From NCBI RefSeq assembly GCF_018977255.1, contig NW_024704742.1:43774001-43838000 (forward strand): a stretch of DNA of 64,000 nt, written 5' to 3'. The position numbers were made by a program, and so were the translations under genes. The notes beneath the pieces are model-generated. The model ran no database searches. It was not told the origin of the DNA and was given only the letters and a program-made list of their open reading frames with translations. This DNA is from Callorhinchus milii (Eukaryota). Of the stretch, positions 1 through 14,825 are shown piece by piece; the first letter of the stretch is position 1; each line of letters starts with the position of its first letter.

Positions 1-902
1 CCAGCAGATCAAAAATACAGTACTTGTGCTTCATTCTTCACACACACATTGCACATTTAGAATAAAGGTTTAATTTGAGCATTCAACCTTTGGGAATTTC
101 CTGATGTCAGCACCATAAGATATAAACAAGAATTCCTGACAAGTGATTATTTTGGGAAGGATTTATTAGTGCTAAAACTGTAAAAAAAAATTATGCCATT
201 AAAAGCCTGTCAACTTAATCTTAATATGGCTAAATTGATGTAACCACCCAAGATGGGGTCTCAGTCAGTTTTCAAGAAAGAAAATGATGCAAGGCAGATG
301 TGATGGGCTGGTTATTGCACAGTTGTGAATGACCTTTGCAGTATAGAGGCTGAAGCAGCTGGTTAGATGGTGCACTGGATTTAATCCAATAAGACTTCAT
401 AAATGACTTAATACCATGATGAATGAGGCCAATAGTTTTTTTTAAAAAAAAAGTCAGTTCTTTTTATCAGTTTTCTGCAGACATTTTTGAAGAACAGATG
501 CAGTGGGGCCCGTTACAACGTGTTGGGATCCATCAAATTCCAACCTCATGCTATAGCTGGTCTCACTGCGTATGCTGTCTGGGTCACAAGCCAGTTCCTG
601 CGTATTGGCCAGTTCCTGTACTAAAAGAAAAATGGCCACCTTCCAGTCATCATGATAAATGTCTATGTCACTTGCTGTGCTGAACATGCACAAACCAGGA
701 AGTGATGTCAGCGATGATCTGATTTTTAGATCTTAAAAAGAACGAAATTGTCCTGACTTCCAAGTCATTGGATTATCATCAACATAATTTCCTGCTTTGC
801 ACATACGCGCACATTAGGGTTCACATCACAGGATCATAGAATCTTAACAACAACAACAAATTACATTTGTATAGCGACCTTCACGTCAGGAGGATGTCCC
901 AG

Positions 903-1450
903 AATAGCACAGAAAGAGGCCATTCGGTCCATCGTGCCTGTGTGCCGGCTCTTTGAAAGAGTTAGGCAACTAGTCCCACTCCCCCACTCTTACACCATAG
1001 CTCTCAGCCTTTCCTTTTTAAGTACCTATCTATTCCCTTTTGAAAGCTATTATCGAATCTGCTCCACCACCCATTCAGGCAGTGAATTCCAGACGGTGAC
1101 AACTCTGGGTAAAACAATTTCTCCACATCTCCCCTCTGGGTTCTTTTGCCAGTTATTTTAAATCTATGTCCCCTGGTTACCGACCCACCACCAGAGGAAA
1201 CTGTTTCTCCCTGTCTACTCTATCAAAACCCCTCATAATTTTGAACACCTCTATTAAATTGCCCCCTCAACCTCTGCTCTTAGGAGAATAATCCCATCTT
1301 CTCTAGTCTCTCCACACAATTTACGTCCCTCACCCCTGGTATAATTTTTGTAAATTTCCTCCGTACCCTTTCCAAGGCCCTGACATCCTTCCTAAAGTGT
1401 GCTGCCCAGAATTGGACACAGTACTCCAGCTATGTCCTAACCAGTGATTA
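903..1450 (-). mobile_element. CR1 LINE 3' fragment, preceded by a short L2 tail at about 845-900
   Basis: Reverse complement resembles the CR1 ORF2 end and 3'UTR (gaatggcctc..ctgtgc), as seen in the copy at 48.1-49.2 kb. Confidence 0.7.
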
Positions 1451-1746
1451 TAACTGAATTTGCACTATAAAAAAGCGAGGCTGCATCATTATCAATATAT
1501 TCAATTAAATTGAGGCTTTTTTTCTGGTTTGAAATGCTTGGAGCAGTGATGCTTAATATTGTGTGATCAACATTACCACTATGTAGGGCTGTAGTTTTTC
1601 AGGGGGAAATGAAATATAATCTCTTACCATGTCATTGCTAATCCTGTAGAACTGCGAAGACCTTTGGACTAAGAAACACGAAAAACAACACCTAAAGCAA
1701 TTATTCCTTGTATATGTATCTGACAGATTTTTTTCTCCCTGAATAG

Positions 1747-1944
<198 letters not shown>

Positions 1945-2615
1945 TAAAGTATGACTACATGTAAACATTGAGTTATTTTGAAGTAATCTGTGATCTTTTA
2001 TTTTTGTATGAAGCTGCTGGATAATCCTGTAGCAGAGAATTGGGTTTGCAGTTATCCCATTTTGCCTACCAGACGTGAACATCCTGCAAAGTATCAAGTA
2101 TTTAAGGAGGTTAAAGTTTGGATGAAAATATTGTAGCGTATAATTTATGTCACCTGGAGAACTGTGTAGAAGATATGGAAATTGGGGAAACATTGGATTT
2201 TACATTATTTGGAATTTATAAAATTTTTCCTTTAAAATACTTGGAAATCAGAACGTAAGATAGAAATAAGGCCATTCATCAATTAAACTACTAAACTTGT
2301 TCTATTTCAGTCCTCACAGAGGACAAACTGAGTTGGTGACCGGAAGGCCAAACATGACAATGTACAACATTTCCCAGTATTTTTTATTGTAAAATACAGC
2401 AACACATTTATTTATACAAATTAATTTCATTTGATTATTGCAGCAAAACATTTCTTTACATTGGCTTTATGGTATTAAGTTGGTTGCCATAAATTAGGAA
2501 ATTGAGTTAAAATCCAATTTATACACCTTCATGTTTGTGTTGTTGTTTCCTGGTCTGAGTATCCTTCTCGGTGTTGAATTATGAAAACATTTTCAATGCT
2601 TTCTGTGAATTTTCA

Positions 2616-2634
2616 CTCCACCAGGTGGCAGTCT
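2616..2634 (+). promoter_or_regulatory. Candidate CTCF site
   Basis: CCACCAGGTGGCAG closely matches the CTCF core motif; intronic in PI4K2B; motif evidence only. Confidence 0.45.
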
Positions 2635-3377
2635 ATCCCCTAAGTTAAGTTGCTAAGTATGAAAGTTGTTCTTTTGCCACATTTATATCTAAGATTTCCT
2701 TCAGAGGCAGATCTGCAATATAAATAAGATAATTCTATTTACATTGCCCTGCATGGCTCTTTATCACTCCAGATTGGACCAACACACCCAAGATGGTAGG
2801 GTAAAATGGTCCTTGGTCCCTTTTAGGGGGCAGGCTGTCACGACTTTCTAGATGTAACCGAGTTGAACTACAAGTTTACTATTGACCGAGTTCCTCATTC
2901 AAAATTATTTAAATTGAATTCAGTTTTTTTCTGTGGTTTTCAGAAGAGGTATTTTGTGTGGTTTTCAGATAATGTGTTGTTCAGACCACAAGGTATAATT
3001 TAGCATATGCCTCAAAGTTGATTGTACTCAGAAGTTTTGTAACTTAATATTGTAAAAGGCTAAGTTTTCAAATTATAATATAGACTTTCTAACTGGGTCA
3101 ATCACTGTAATATATTAACATTAACTAAAGAGTAATTAAGGTATAAAACCTGAAACTTTCAAAAACTCTGAAACGTGAGTTCAGACATCCTTTTAAAGGT
3201 ACGAAGAAAGGGAGCAAAACTTCCTTGTTTTTAGCAGTGATTTAAAATCTTGCACGCTTTGTGAGTCCTTGTTTGGAATCAATCCTAAAATAATGTGAAT
3301 CACTTGGATAGAATGTATATTTTGAACTTTATTTTTGAAATTACCTCCACGACATATGCGGATGACATCCAACTCAT

Positions 3378-3589
3378 TCAGTCTTACAAACAAAACCAGT
3401 TGTTTTGAATCTGACATGTGATTATCTTCTGTTTTGAAACCTGAAACGCAAGAAAATCTTTGCCAGTTACGATACAATGAGAATAATGTACAAATTTAAA
3501 TCTATCATCTGGAGTAATCACAAATCAAATGTAGCCTGGAAATTCCAAACTAAATCTATACTAATAAAGACGAGTGTCACTGTGTGTCT
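3378..3589 (+). repeat. About 212-bp dispersed duplicate of 20170-20382
   Basis: About six differences by eye; includes flank plus the first about 35 bp of the Helitron. Confidence 0.93.
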
Positions 3590-4540
3590 CCTCTTTAATA
3601 TCTACATGCTCCCCCTTGGTAACATCATCTGCAGACTTGGGGTCAATATGTATGCGGATGACACCCATCAAGTCCTGGATGAGGGCAAATTTCCTACAGT
3701 TGAATGTGAACAACTGAGGCCCTCCTGATTGACTCACACCAGCGCCTCAGCACCTCAGGCTCTGGCAGCATCAACCTCCATGGTTGCTCACTACAACTCA
3801 CCATAGCCAGTCAGGAACCTGGGTGTCTTGTTCAACCCTCAACTGTCTTCTTCCCCACATCCAAGCCATGACCCGCTCTGCCTTCCCTCAACTCCGTAAC
3901 ATCGCCCGACTCTGCTACTACCTCACCCCTCAGGCCACTGAAGCTCTTGTTCATGCCTTCATCACCTCCAGGCAAACTCCCTGCTTGTCGGCCTTCCCAA
4001 CTCCTCCCTCCACAGGTTGCAGATAATCCTGAACTCTGCAGCCCATGTTCTCTCCCGCACCAAACTCCGTGACCCCATTTTCCCCCATTCTCGCCCGACT
4101 CCATTGGCTCCCTATCCTTCACAGGATCCAGTTCAAGATAATGGTCCTCAGCTACAAAGCCCTCCATGGTCTCGCCCAACTCTACTTCTGGGACCTCCTA
4201 ACCCCCTGCCAACCCGCCCGCTCCCTCCACTCAGCCGGCTCTGATCTGCTCCACGTCCCCCAACCCACCCGCCCCACCATTGGCGGGAGAGCCTTCAGCC
4301 ACTCTGCCCCCAACTTCTGGAATTCCATCCCCCAGTCACTCCGTCTCACCCCCTGCTTAGGCTCCTTCAAGTCCCGCCTCAAAATCCTCCTCTTCAACCA
4401 TGCCATCGGCCTCCCCCTTCCTCTCCCCTCCCTTCTCCTCCCCTGACACCAGCTCGGGTCTGAAATGCCGTACACTGTCCAGGGCCTTGGGACGTCCTCC
4501 CTACGTGAAAGGCGCTATACAAATGTAATCTTGTTTATTT
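3587..4540 (+). mobile_element. L2-clade LINE, 5'-truncated
   Basis: LFNIYMLPLG, MYADDT, LHWLPI..RIQFK, GGRAFS..APNFWNS; 3' tail gggacgtcctcc..cgtgaaaggcgctatacaaatgtaa. Confidence 0.92.
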
Positions 4541-5768
4541 CTGGAACCACTTTTACTCCAGTTGATTCTAAATAATTGAGAGACTAAAGTGTTTGACAAC
4601 AATGAATTAAAATGTTTAGTTGTTCTTGCCAAAGTCATCTTGGCAAGAATCATTTTTAGTGAGAATTATCAATCTGTTTTGTTCGTTCTAAATCTCCACA
4701 GTACAAAGGGCATAAATTACACCGTTACTAGTAAATGGTGCCCACAAGGAACTCCGTGAGGAGAAAAGACAGTTTTAAAAAAAAATCTGTTACCTGGTGT
4801 GTTTTTATTTAAAGAAATAAAGATTTTAAATAAAAATACATCAGGTAATGCATGTTGTTTATTGTTGTAAGAACAAGTTACAAGAAAAAACAATAGTAAC
4901 TAAAGCAATAAAATAAATAGAACAAAAATGGGTGATGGGGAGAGTGTTTAAATATTTCTCCCATTCCTTTTCCCCCATTTTTCGTGAAGAAAAAATGGGT
5001 GTGGGTATACTTTTTCCTAGATATGTTCAGTGGTGTTGAAAAGACCCCCATTCTGTGTATTATACCATATATATCATTTCTGAAATTAATTTCAAAACTG
5101 TCAGTGTTTGTAATAAATTAATAACTATATCCAAGACACATCATCAAATTTCTTGCATATGGTGATATCAATATTTGATAATGAAGCAAAATACATTACA
5201 TTCTCCTCCTTTTCCTCAAAAAGGAAATCTAATGAAACTATTGTATAGCTCACCTCACCCAGATCCTGGCTACCAACCTCTGATTCTATCTGTTTTCAAA
5301 AAATATTTAGACCTTTTGAGAAGAGCATTTTTAAAAATATTTCTGCAGAAAGACGCTGATGTCAAAATATGTCTGACAACAAATTAAAATGTTTTAATTC
5401 CATACCAAATTTTCCTTTTAGTTAACCTACAGACCATTTCACGAGCTGGTGTAATAAATACTGACATAGTTGAAACCCTTTATCAATAACAGGACATTAA
5501 TTGAAGGGGTTTCAAAAAGGGACTGACTGAAATTCCTAGATTAAAGGGTTTATCAAAGGGTGTCAGGGTTGTTAGATGTCAAAATTATTTTCTGGGAAGA
5601 TGGATGGGTAGACTAAATGGACCAATAATCTACTCCTGCATGAAACTGTTATTGTGCTGATTGTTAGCTAGCTGGCTGGATTGTTGACCTTCACATTCCT
5701 GTATCATATTAAAACTTATTGTGTCAACGGTACTTAGCAGCTCTGTGACTTGTTTTTTGTTTCCTCAG

Positions 5769-5836
5769 ATAGAGGAAATGACAACTGGTTAATTAAGTAC
5801 GAGAAGCCAGAAACCAGAAGGGAATCTCCTGACAAG
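5769..5836 (+). CDS. PI4K2B: PI4K2B exon ((D)RGNDNWLIKYEKPETRRESPDK)
   Basis: ttcctcag acceptor and AAG/gtagac donor; completes the catalytic-loop motif DRGNDNW; phase-compatible. Confidence 0.95.
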
Positions 5837-6496
5837 GTAGACTGCTGGACATTCACCTTGTTAATTTTTCATAATGTATTATATCCCAGACAAAAGCAGC
5901 ATCCAAGTTATATGTTGCTGCGTGGTTTGTGTAACATAGCTCCCAGAAAGCATTACTACTTGAGTTTTATTATCTGCAATTTGTGTGCAAAATAGAATGC
6001 TTACCAGATTCAAATCCACTCGGTTCTTCTGAAGGACTGTGGTGTTTGTTCACTTAGGTGATTCTGTGTTTAAATTGGATGATTTATGTCGATTGAAAAA
6101 AAATGCAACAAATTATTAATATTGACTCAAGCCAGTTAGACATTTGGGCATGTATAATTTGATTATGTGCTGAAGACTAATATTAGTCTTGGCTTATATA
6201 GTTTAGAGACGAACATCAATTTGGCAGCAGAAGCAAAATGTATTAAAATGACTCATTAATTCCTGTAATTGGTATTTTGTCTGTAAAAGTGATGTTAAAA
6301 GCATGAGTCAGTACCATTATTTAAGATTGTTTAGTCAAAGTCAATTAACATAACTGACTTTGTACTCAATTCTGAACCAAATTTTTGCTGTATAGATTTG
6401 TTTAAAACCTATAAAACCAATTTATGATTTGTAAAATTCTCCTCCATCATTTGTTTTTCCGTTTAATAACCGTTAAAATCCTATTCTGTTTAATAG

Positions 6497-6634
<138 letters not shown>

Positions 6635-6899
6635 TAATGTGCTGTGAAATCACTGAAGAGCTATTACTAGTATTGTTTATTTAGGATTATTATTGTTGTA
6701 TCTTTAAAATTCTAATATATTTTACATATTTCCTCTTATTACATCTTGTGAAATGTTTTGCTTATGATGCAAGTTCCTTCTTCCCTATCCTTTATCATCA
6801 CCCTACCCACGCATTCTTATTTTCCCCCTCACACACACACATACGCAGAATGTTCTGCTATACCAAGATTTCTGTGACTGAGTGAGCTGTTGAGCTCTA

Positions 6900-7905
6900 C
6901 AACAACAAAATTACATTTGTATAGCACCTTTCATGTCGGGAGGACATCCAAGACACTGAGCAATCAGTGTTTTGGACCCAAGCTGGGGGTAAGCATCAGG
7001 GAGGGTGGGGGGGCAGTGAGGGAAGGAGAGTGACCAAAGGCACGGTCGAGGAGGAGGGTATTGAAATGGGTTTTGAAAGAGGCAAGGGAGGGGGTGAGGT
7101 GGAGGGACTGCGGGATGGAGTTCCAGAGGGTGGGGGCAGAGTAGCTAAAGGCCCGCCTGCCAACGGTGGGGTGGGCGAGACGGGGGACGTGAAGCAGGCC
7201 GGAGCCCGCTGAGCAGAGGGAGCGGGCAGGATAGTAGGGGGTTAGGAGGTCACAGAAGTAGCGGCGGGCAAGACCATGGAGGGCTTTGAAAGTGAGGACC
7301 AGGATCTTGAACTGTATCCTCTGTGTGATAGGAAGCCAGTGGAGTCGGGCGAGGTTGGGAGTGATAGGATCACAGACCCTGGTGCGGGAGAGGACATGGG
7401 TTGAGGAATTATGGATGATCTTCAGCCTATGGAGGGAAGAGTTGGGGAGGCCGACAAGCAGTGAGTTTGCGTAGTCAAGTCTGGATGTTTAGAATGCGTG
7501 CATGAGGGGGCTCAGCGGCCTGCGGTCTGAGACAGTGGCGGAGCCAAGCAATGTTGCAGAGGTGGGGAAAGGTGGAGCAGGTCATGGCACGGATTTGGGG
7601 TATGAAGCACAGTTGAGGGTTGAACAGGACATCAAGGTTCCGTATTGGCTCCGTGAGGTGTAGAGTGCGTCCATGATGGGAGGTGCCACCAGCACCCAAG
7701 GTATGGAGGTCCTGACAGGAGCCAAGCAGGAGGGCCAGAAGGGAAGTTAGCTCTCATCCAGGACTTGATGTCCGACAGGCAATCTGAGGACAGCAGTCCT
7801 GGATTCGAGGGGGGAAGGCAGAGAGGTAGAGTTGGGTGTTATCCACATACATGTGGAAGTTGACCCTCGTCTGTGGATGATGTCACCAAGTGGGGGCATA
7901 TAGAA
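6900..7905 (-). mobile_element. L2-clade LINE fragment
   Basis: Same family tail with (aac)n on the + strand and ORF2-like interior. Confidence 0.88.
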
Positions 7906-10894
7906 TTGTCACTTGCTAATACAAGACTATTGAAACATTTTGTGCTGCAAAGTGGCTTTCCTCCTGGCAGCTAAGTAGAATAGAAAGTCAGATCTATACT
8001 TCCAACTCAACATCACTTTGAATTAGGACAGAACAAAAATATAATTACCCCATTCATCAATTTGCACACGTGCACCTTGGCACGTACACAGAACACCAAA
8101 ATGGGATGCTTGTTTTCTAATGTTAAAAGAGTTGGTGGCTAAATTGCTGTCTAACTCAGTCCTTCACCGTTTCAGAATAAATAAAATTGGTTCCATATCT
8201 TGGGGTGGAGTCAAGATTGGTGTTGAAGTGGTTTTGATAAGTGGCTCATCTGGGTAAAGATGGGTCTGCAGTAATGCATGGCATTGTTGCTCGTTGAAGA
8301 GCAAACAGATGTTGTTGATGTTCTCACAGACCTGCCCCTCTATAGTTGAGTGGTCTCAATTGGACATGTAACCAGTAACCTGCAGGGGTAATTGCAATTT
8401 ATTAGTGGTTGTTTGATTCCACACCTTTCTAATCTACATCTAGGTAGCTCAAATATTAAGTTGACTTGTTTATACAGTTAATGTTTGAAAAATCTGATTT
8501 TATGGATATTTATTAATAGCTACATGGCTAAACTGTTAAACACAGTCAGGTTTTATTTTAACCATTAATTGGCACAAAAATATTTTGAATTCTATCAAAA
8601 AATCTCCAAATGAGTGAACTGAATTAAAAAAATCCAAAAAATGGAAATCCTTTTGAAGCTTTGCAAAGATTGATTGATTTCAAAGTATCTCCATATTGTT
8701 TAATTCTTTCATAGATTATTGCATCTCGGGTTGGCTAGACAAATAGATTCATGTGATTTTTCTGAAGCAGAAAATTGTTGTGAATGTGACTATAAATCCT
8801 GTATCCACAGCAAATCCACTAACATTTTTCACCTTTAGAGGATCTCCATTTATCACTCAAATGCTCTCACATTTCACTTGAGATCCTTCTTTATTCTATT
8901 GCACAACTTGGATAGGCAGATGCATTGGTGATGGGTTAGTTTTTAAATTGTTGATCTACACTCACCCTCTCCCCAAACTATCAATGGAGACATCCTGATA
9001 GTGAATATCATCGGACTTCAGTACCTATAGTGCAATATTATGAGAAAAAGTAACCAAAATGAACATATGTTCTCATTTCATAATGAAATACAATACAAAA
9101 TTACATTTGAATAGCGCCTTTCACATCAGGAGGACGTCCCAAGGTGATGGCCAGTCAGGGATTTGGGCTCGAGCAGGGTTTGGGGATTAGGGAGGGCGGG
9201 GAAAGGAGGGTGGCCGAAGGCGCGGTCGAAGAGAATGGTCTTGAGACATGCCTCAAAGGAGGCAAGAGAGGGAGAGAGACGAAGGGAATATGGGATGGAA
9301 TTTCAGCGGATGGTGGACAGAGAGGGTGAAGGCCCGACCGCCGTTGGTGGTGGGGGGACGCGGAGCAGGCCAGAGCCTACTGAGCGGAAGGAGCGGACAG
9401 GTTGATATGGGAGTTATTAGTGTTGTATCTAATTACTTCAAAGTGCTTAGAAAAGGAGTGAATCCAGCTATATATAGTTTGATTCAAGATACATTTCTAT
9501 TCACTTCTGTATGACTTGCTTGTGATGAATTCGAGCTCTCATAGGACATACCGTAAAAAAGTAACAACTTACCTTGACCTAGACTCTTTTTGCAATCATA
9601 TTTTTTGTCTCAACTAATTAAAATAATGAGTGTGTTGAATTGTAACTGGCTGATGCAGTTTGCATTTAGAGTGGGTGACAAGGTTTTCAGAATATTCCAT
9701 CCATTTAGAACGGAAACTGTTTATCCGAAATAAATCAAGTCTCCAAGGATTTGATACTTTGGGGAAGGGATTTCTACCAATTTTCTGCTCCCCAATGATA
9801 TTTTTTTCTTTCCTAGATAAAGTTCTACTTGTGTTCAGAAATTCCTTTATACTCTTGTTTTTTCATGGTTTGTTTAGTTGATTGAATCAACATGGGGTGG
9901 GGGGTGTTATCACAGCTGAGGTTCATTTCATCGTCATCCAGCATTGACTGTTTTAATGAATAATTTGCTGTTTTCTGGCATCTTATCTCATCAAATGCTT
10001 CAAAAATGCATTACAGTAATTGTTGTCAAATGGGGTGAGCTTTATTTAAGACAAATATGGCAGCCATTTTATGCACAGCAAGATCCCACAAATGGCCATG
10101 AGGTGAATAATCAATTCATGAATTTATCACCACAATCACTCTTTCCTAACAGTGTCATGAAATCTTTAATATTCACCTAAAAAGAAAGCAGACCTGTCTG
10201 ATCCAAAAACCAACTCTCCCAACAGTAGAGCACTCTTGTCAACCTAGACTGAGTCTGTTAGTCTTGATTAGGTGGTGGGGCGGGGGAGGGTGTTGCTGAT
10301 ACCCTGTCAATTAAGGTTAGACCCTTGCTTCAGAATTTAGTCTGCTTGAGAGCATGTAGCACTTAATGGTCGATCGGTGACCAACTGCAGTGGCGAAAGC
10401 ATTCACTATCCGAGCCTGAGCTACACCAGGCTTACCTCAAGAGGTCTTTCCTACCTTATATGCGCGCTTGCATGTATGGTGTGTGTGTATATATGGTGGT
10501 GGGGGAGGAGGGGAGGAAAGGGGAGGTTGACAACCCAGAAATTGTGCCGATCATCAACTTGTTTTCTTTCTTTGAATATTCCACCTCAAGGCGCTATATC
10601 AAATGTAAGTATTATTATAAGTGAGCGACTCCCCAGATTAACTAGCGTGTGTCAGTCAGTGATCAGTGTGTGCGCCTGGCTTTATTGAGAGGGTTTTTTT
10701 TGATAAAATATGTATAAGGGTAAAGTTAAGGTTCCCGCAGCGATGATTCCCATTTTCCAGCAGCCAGGATATCTGCATGTTTTACAATGAAGACGTTCTA
10801 GGTCCCAACTCTCCTCAAGTCCTAACAACAGTTATGAGTGGGGGGGAGACGCTGCACTGGTCGAATGACCTCCGAGACCCGCTGTGATCCATCC

Positions 10895-11266
10895 TGGAGC
10901 CCTGTAGCCCAGTGGTTAGAGCGCTCGCCTCGCAAGTGAGAGACCTGGGCTCTTTTCTCACAGGGCAAAATGTTGGGCAAGTTTCCTTAATCCACAAGCC
11001 TCTGTTTACCTAGCAGTAAGTAGGAACCCGGTTGTTAGTTGATTGGCGGATCGCTTTTCCAGGGGTAATAATTCCTTCAAAAAAAATAATAAATTGGTTA
11101 CTCAATCCACGACTGTTTGTGGGACATTGCTGTGCACAATTGGCTGCAGCGTTTCACACACAAAATAAACAGTCAATTCACTTTACAGTATATTCTGTGA
11201 AGCGCTTTGAGTCGTCTCGAAGACGTGATAAGGCACTTTTTCAAATGCAACGATTATTATTATTAT
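10895..11266 (+). mobile_element. tRNA-derived Deu-domain SINE
   Basis: tRNA-like head (tagcccagtggttagagcg), Deu-like core (ctgtttgtgggacattgctgtgcacaattggctgc), L2-like tail and (tta)n. Confidence 0.8.
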
Positions 11267-13520
11267 TCAGAGGTGAATAAGCTACCACCTGAGTCAAGGT
11301 GACACAGCAAAACATGGTGAATTTCAGTTATGCCAGATTTATTAAATGGTGATCTTATAGCTACCTCAGTAATCAGAATATCTTATTATTTAAGGTATGT
11401 TTTCATGTATTTTTTACATTTGAAACAAAATCCTAAATTCATTAATAAGGACATATTACCAATAAAAACAAACCAGGTGCAGCTATTGACTGTCTTTACC
11501 AGGAAATTTCCACTGTGCCATCTTTAATAGAGAAAATTTGTTTTTCTCCTGAGTAAAGTCTTTCGTTGTAGATTTCACTTTACCTTGAATTTAAGTCTGG
11601 CTTTATTCTCTTTATCATTGTCTCTTCAATATTTCAACTTGTAGCAAGGTTTTATGAGAGGATACATGAGGGTGATTTATTTGATAGTCATACCAAGATA
11701 ATTCAGCTATAGCAGAGATCTAGACATGATGTGATACTAAGTAAAGTTGGATTCTTTGTTATTACATTTTTCAAAAGTGGAAGTCATGCATGGTAATAGA
11801 ATGCCTAATGTCGAGAATGGAAATCAAACCGAGTCTTTTAAAATGTAATAAATATATTTGACAGCCCCAAAATAGCATATCTGGCATATGTATGCACTTT
11901 GCAGGTGTTTGAGTATATATTTGGAGGAAAGTGAGTTGTGCATTATTTGGAGGAAGGAAGTATAATTACACAATGCTAAGTGTTATATTATGGAAGTGTT
12001 ACAGACTGGGTGGTGGTACAGCTTAATGTACTGCCTTATTGGCCCTTCAAGCCTGCTCCTTCCTCCTACAAGGTACCCCAACATGGACCTTACCCCTCCT
12101 CTTCCCCTCTCCCTTTTAATCTCATGATAGATAATCCTATCAAAGTCCCTACTCCCTAAAGCTTTTTATGCAAATCTCCTATTCATCTATCCTCCCCTCT
12201 CCCATTATTAATTCCTGACATGCTCCCCTCTTACACACACCATCTCAGTGTAAACCTTTCCTTATAATCCCTCTTTGTGTTTCCCACTAGATATTTATCC
12301 AACTCCTTTTTTTAAATAAGTTAATTGACCAAACTTTAAATATTTTTGCTAGAAGTGTGATCCACAAATCCTCTACTTGGTAGGAAAAAATAAATCTAAT
12401 CTGTACTCTCGTTGGAGGCTTGTTGTTTTCTAACTTTATGCTCACTATCTAAATCAAATAGCCTGTTTACGTCTATATCATCTATGCCTCCGCATTTTAA
12501 AGACCTGGATCATGTCCCCTCTCAATCTTCTTTTCTCCAATGAGAACACGTTCAGCTCTGCAGGTCTCTCCTCATAACTTAGAGCCCTAAGTCGTGGAAT
12601 CATCCTTGTCACCGTTCTCAGAACCTTCTCCGATGTCCTTTTGAAGGTAGGGTACCCAAAACTAGATTTGACATCACCAGTAATCTAAACATAGTTGGCA
12701 TAACTTATTTAGACTTCATCAAATGCCCTTTAGATGTAAGTTAGTATTTAATTTGCTTTGTTGATGACCATTTCACATGTTTGGGTTAAATAAGTTATTT
12801 CCCGTTGACATGGATTCAACATGTGTTGTGATTTAACACTTTTGTGATTGGAAGGTTCCTAACTAGAATGTGTTTGGATATTCCTTAACCCACTTTAATT
12901 GAGTGTTGATCCTCAGAAGATTGGTGCTCTTGTGTCACTGAGATTAAGGCAGTAGAGATGAGTATTGTTCTAAAATTTTTGATAATGCTGCTGGAAGGTA
13001 GAAACGTGTTCAACATTAAAGACCCATAATTGATAAGTTCATTAAATATAGGCTTAATTTTTATTTTTACATGATTCCCTCAGTTATTTGTTACTATGCT
13101 TCAAAGGAGTTTATATACTGTAATAAGGTCACTTTCTTTCACTGAAGTAAATCTTTGTGTCAGTACAGGATAGTACGCATGTTTCCCAGACTGCCTTTAG
13201 CTATTAAAACATAAAATTCTAATTAGGGACAATAATGTGACACCAAGAGTGTCACTCAGTTGCCTTTTCTATCTAATTATGTGGATAAATGCATTATGGA
13301 GATTTCTGGTTGTTGTGCTTGCTTTGTTTTAATGCACATAATCTGCTATATACTTTGTTTTGACATGTGTTGCCTTCAAAACTCATGTGATTTTTTTTTC
13401 TAACTACAATATTGTGTTTCTGGGTCAATGGAGAATCTTAATGATGTAGAGCTATTGTTATGCACGACTTGGCTAAATTGAATTTAGCTAGTATATGATC
13501 ACAATTTCTTTTTTCTTTAA

Positions 13521-13781
<261 letters not shown>

Positions 13782-14765
13782 TAATTTTATTCAAATGACA
13801 TTCTGGTTACTGGTTATGTAAACACAATTCCTCACTAAAATAATGCATGTTTTTTTATACAGTGCATTCATATATCAACTAGTGACAGTTGATAAGGTAG
13901 GCAGCAGAAATGATTTTGAGTCTTGCTGCAGATCGGTTGGTTGTTGATTCATCTTTCATATTTAACGTTATGAGGACTCACAAAGCTGTTGCTGTTCCCA
14001 TCGACTTGTTTTTTTATCCTTTTAAAATATACACAAAGAACTGAACTTCATATTTGTGAAGCTTCAATTCATTGAAATTAAACATTCTGAATCAAGATGA
14101 GGTGGGTAAAGGGCAGTTACCTTTAACCTTAGGAAGGGAAACAATCAAGTTTTCTGATAAATAAATATCCCGTGGACACCCCCCACTTCTGGAAAGTGCA
14201 CGTTATTGGGTCAGGAAAGAACTTGGTTCTGGTGGCTGCATGATTAAATAGCTTGTTAATACATTATCTGGGGTCACCTGAAGAATGGGCACTTTTGATC
14301 CATGAAAGTATGGGAGGACGTCATGGAACCATATCCAAACGTGTCGACATCTTTGGGAGAGGAGAAGGTGCAAAAACGATGAAATATTGACAAAATAAAA
14401 TGGTGCAGAGGAATAGAAGGATTTTTACTCATACATAACGATGGCTAACAGATTCATGTACTTTTTCACGGGGGGGCCATTTCCTGCCTAGGTTGAAAGA
14501 CAACTTCCACATTTATTCTTGTGAAATGTATCAAAATATCAGGAAGATGATACCAAAAATTATTAGTTTAACATGCAAAAACCATGTTGGTATTAATTTT
14601 CTGGAATCATTGACTAGTCATTTGGCTGACAAGCACTTTATTGGAAATTAAGACCTTTAGTTTTTGCTTTTAGAATTTCTGGTGAGATATCTAATGCTTT
14701 CCAATGAGTGGAAATGATTTCCAATGGAATTGGTAATACCGATGATGTTTTTCTTTCTATTCCAG

Positions 14766-14825
14766 ACTGATAAAGGATTTGACAAAGCTACTTTTGAATT
14801 GCAAATGTCAGTAATGAGAGGCCAG
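14766..14825 (+). CDS. PI4K2B: PI4K2B exon ([20 protein letters not shown])
   Basis: ttccag acceptor and CAG/gtaact donor; 60 nt, phase 0/0. Confidence 0.95.

Noticed and set aside
650..725. Possible box C/D snoRNA (ATGATAA...CTGA...GTGATGT...CTGA)
   Set aside because: Imperfect C box, no terminal stem and no recognisable rRNA guide sequence.
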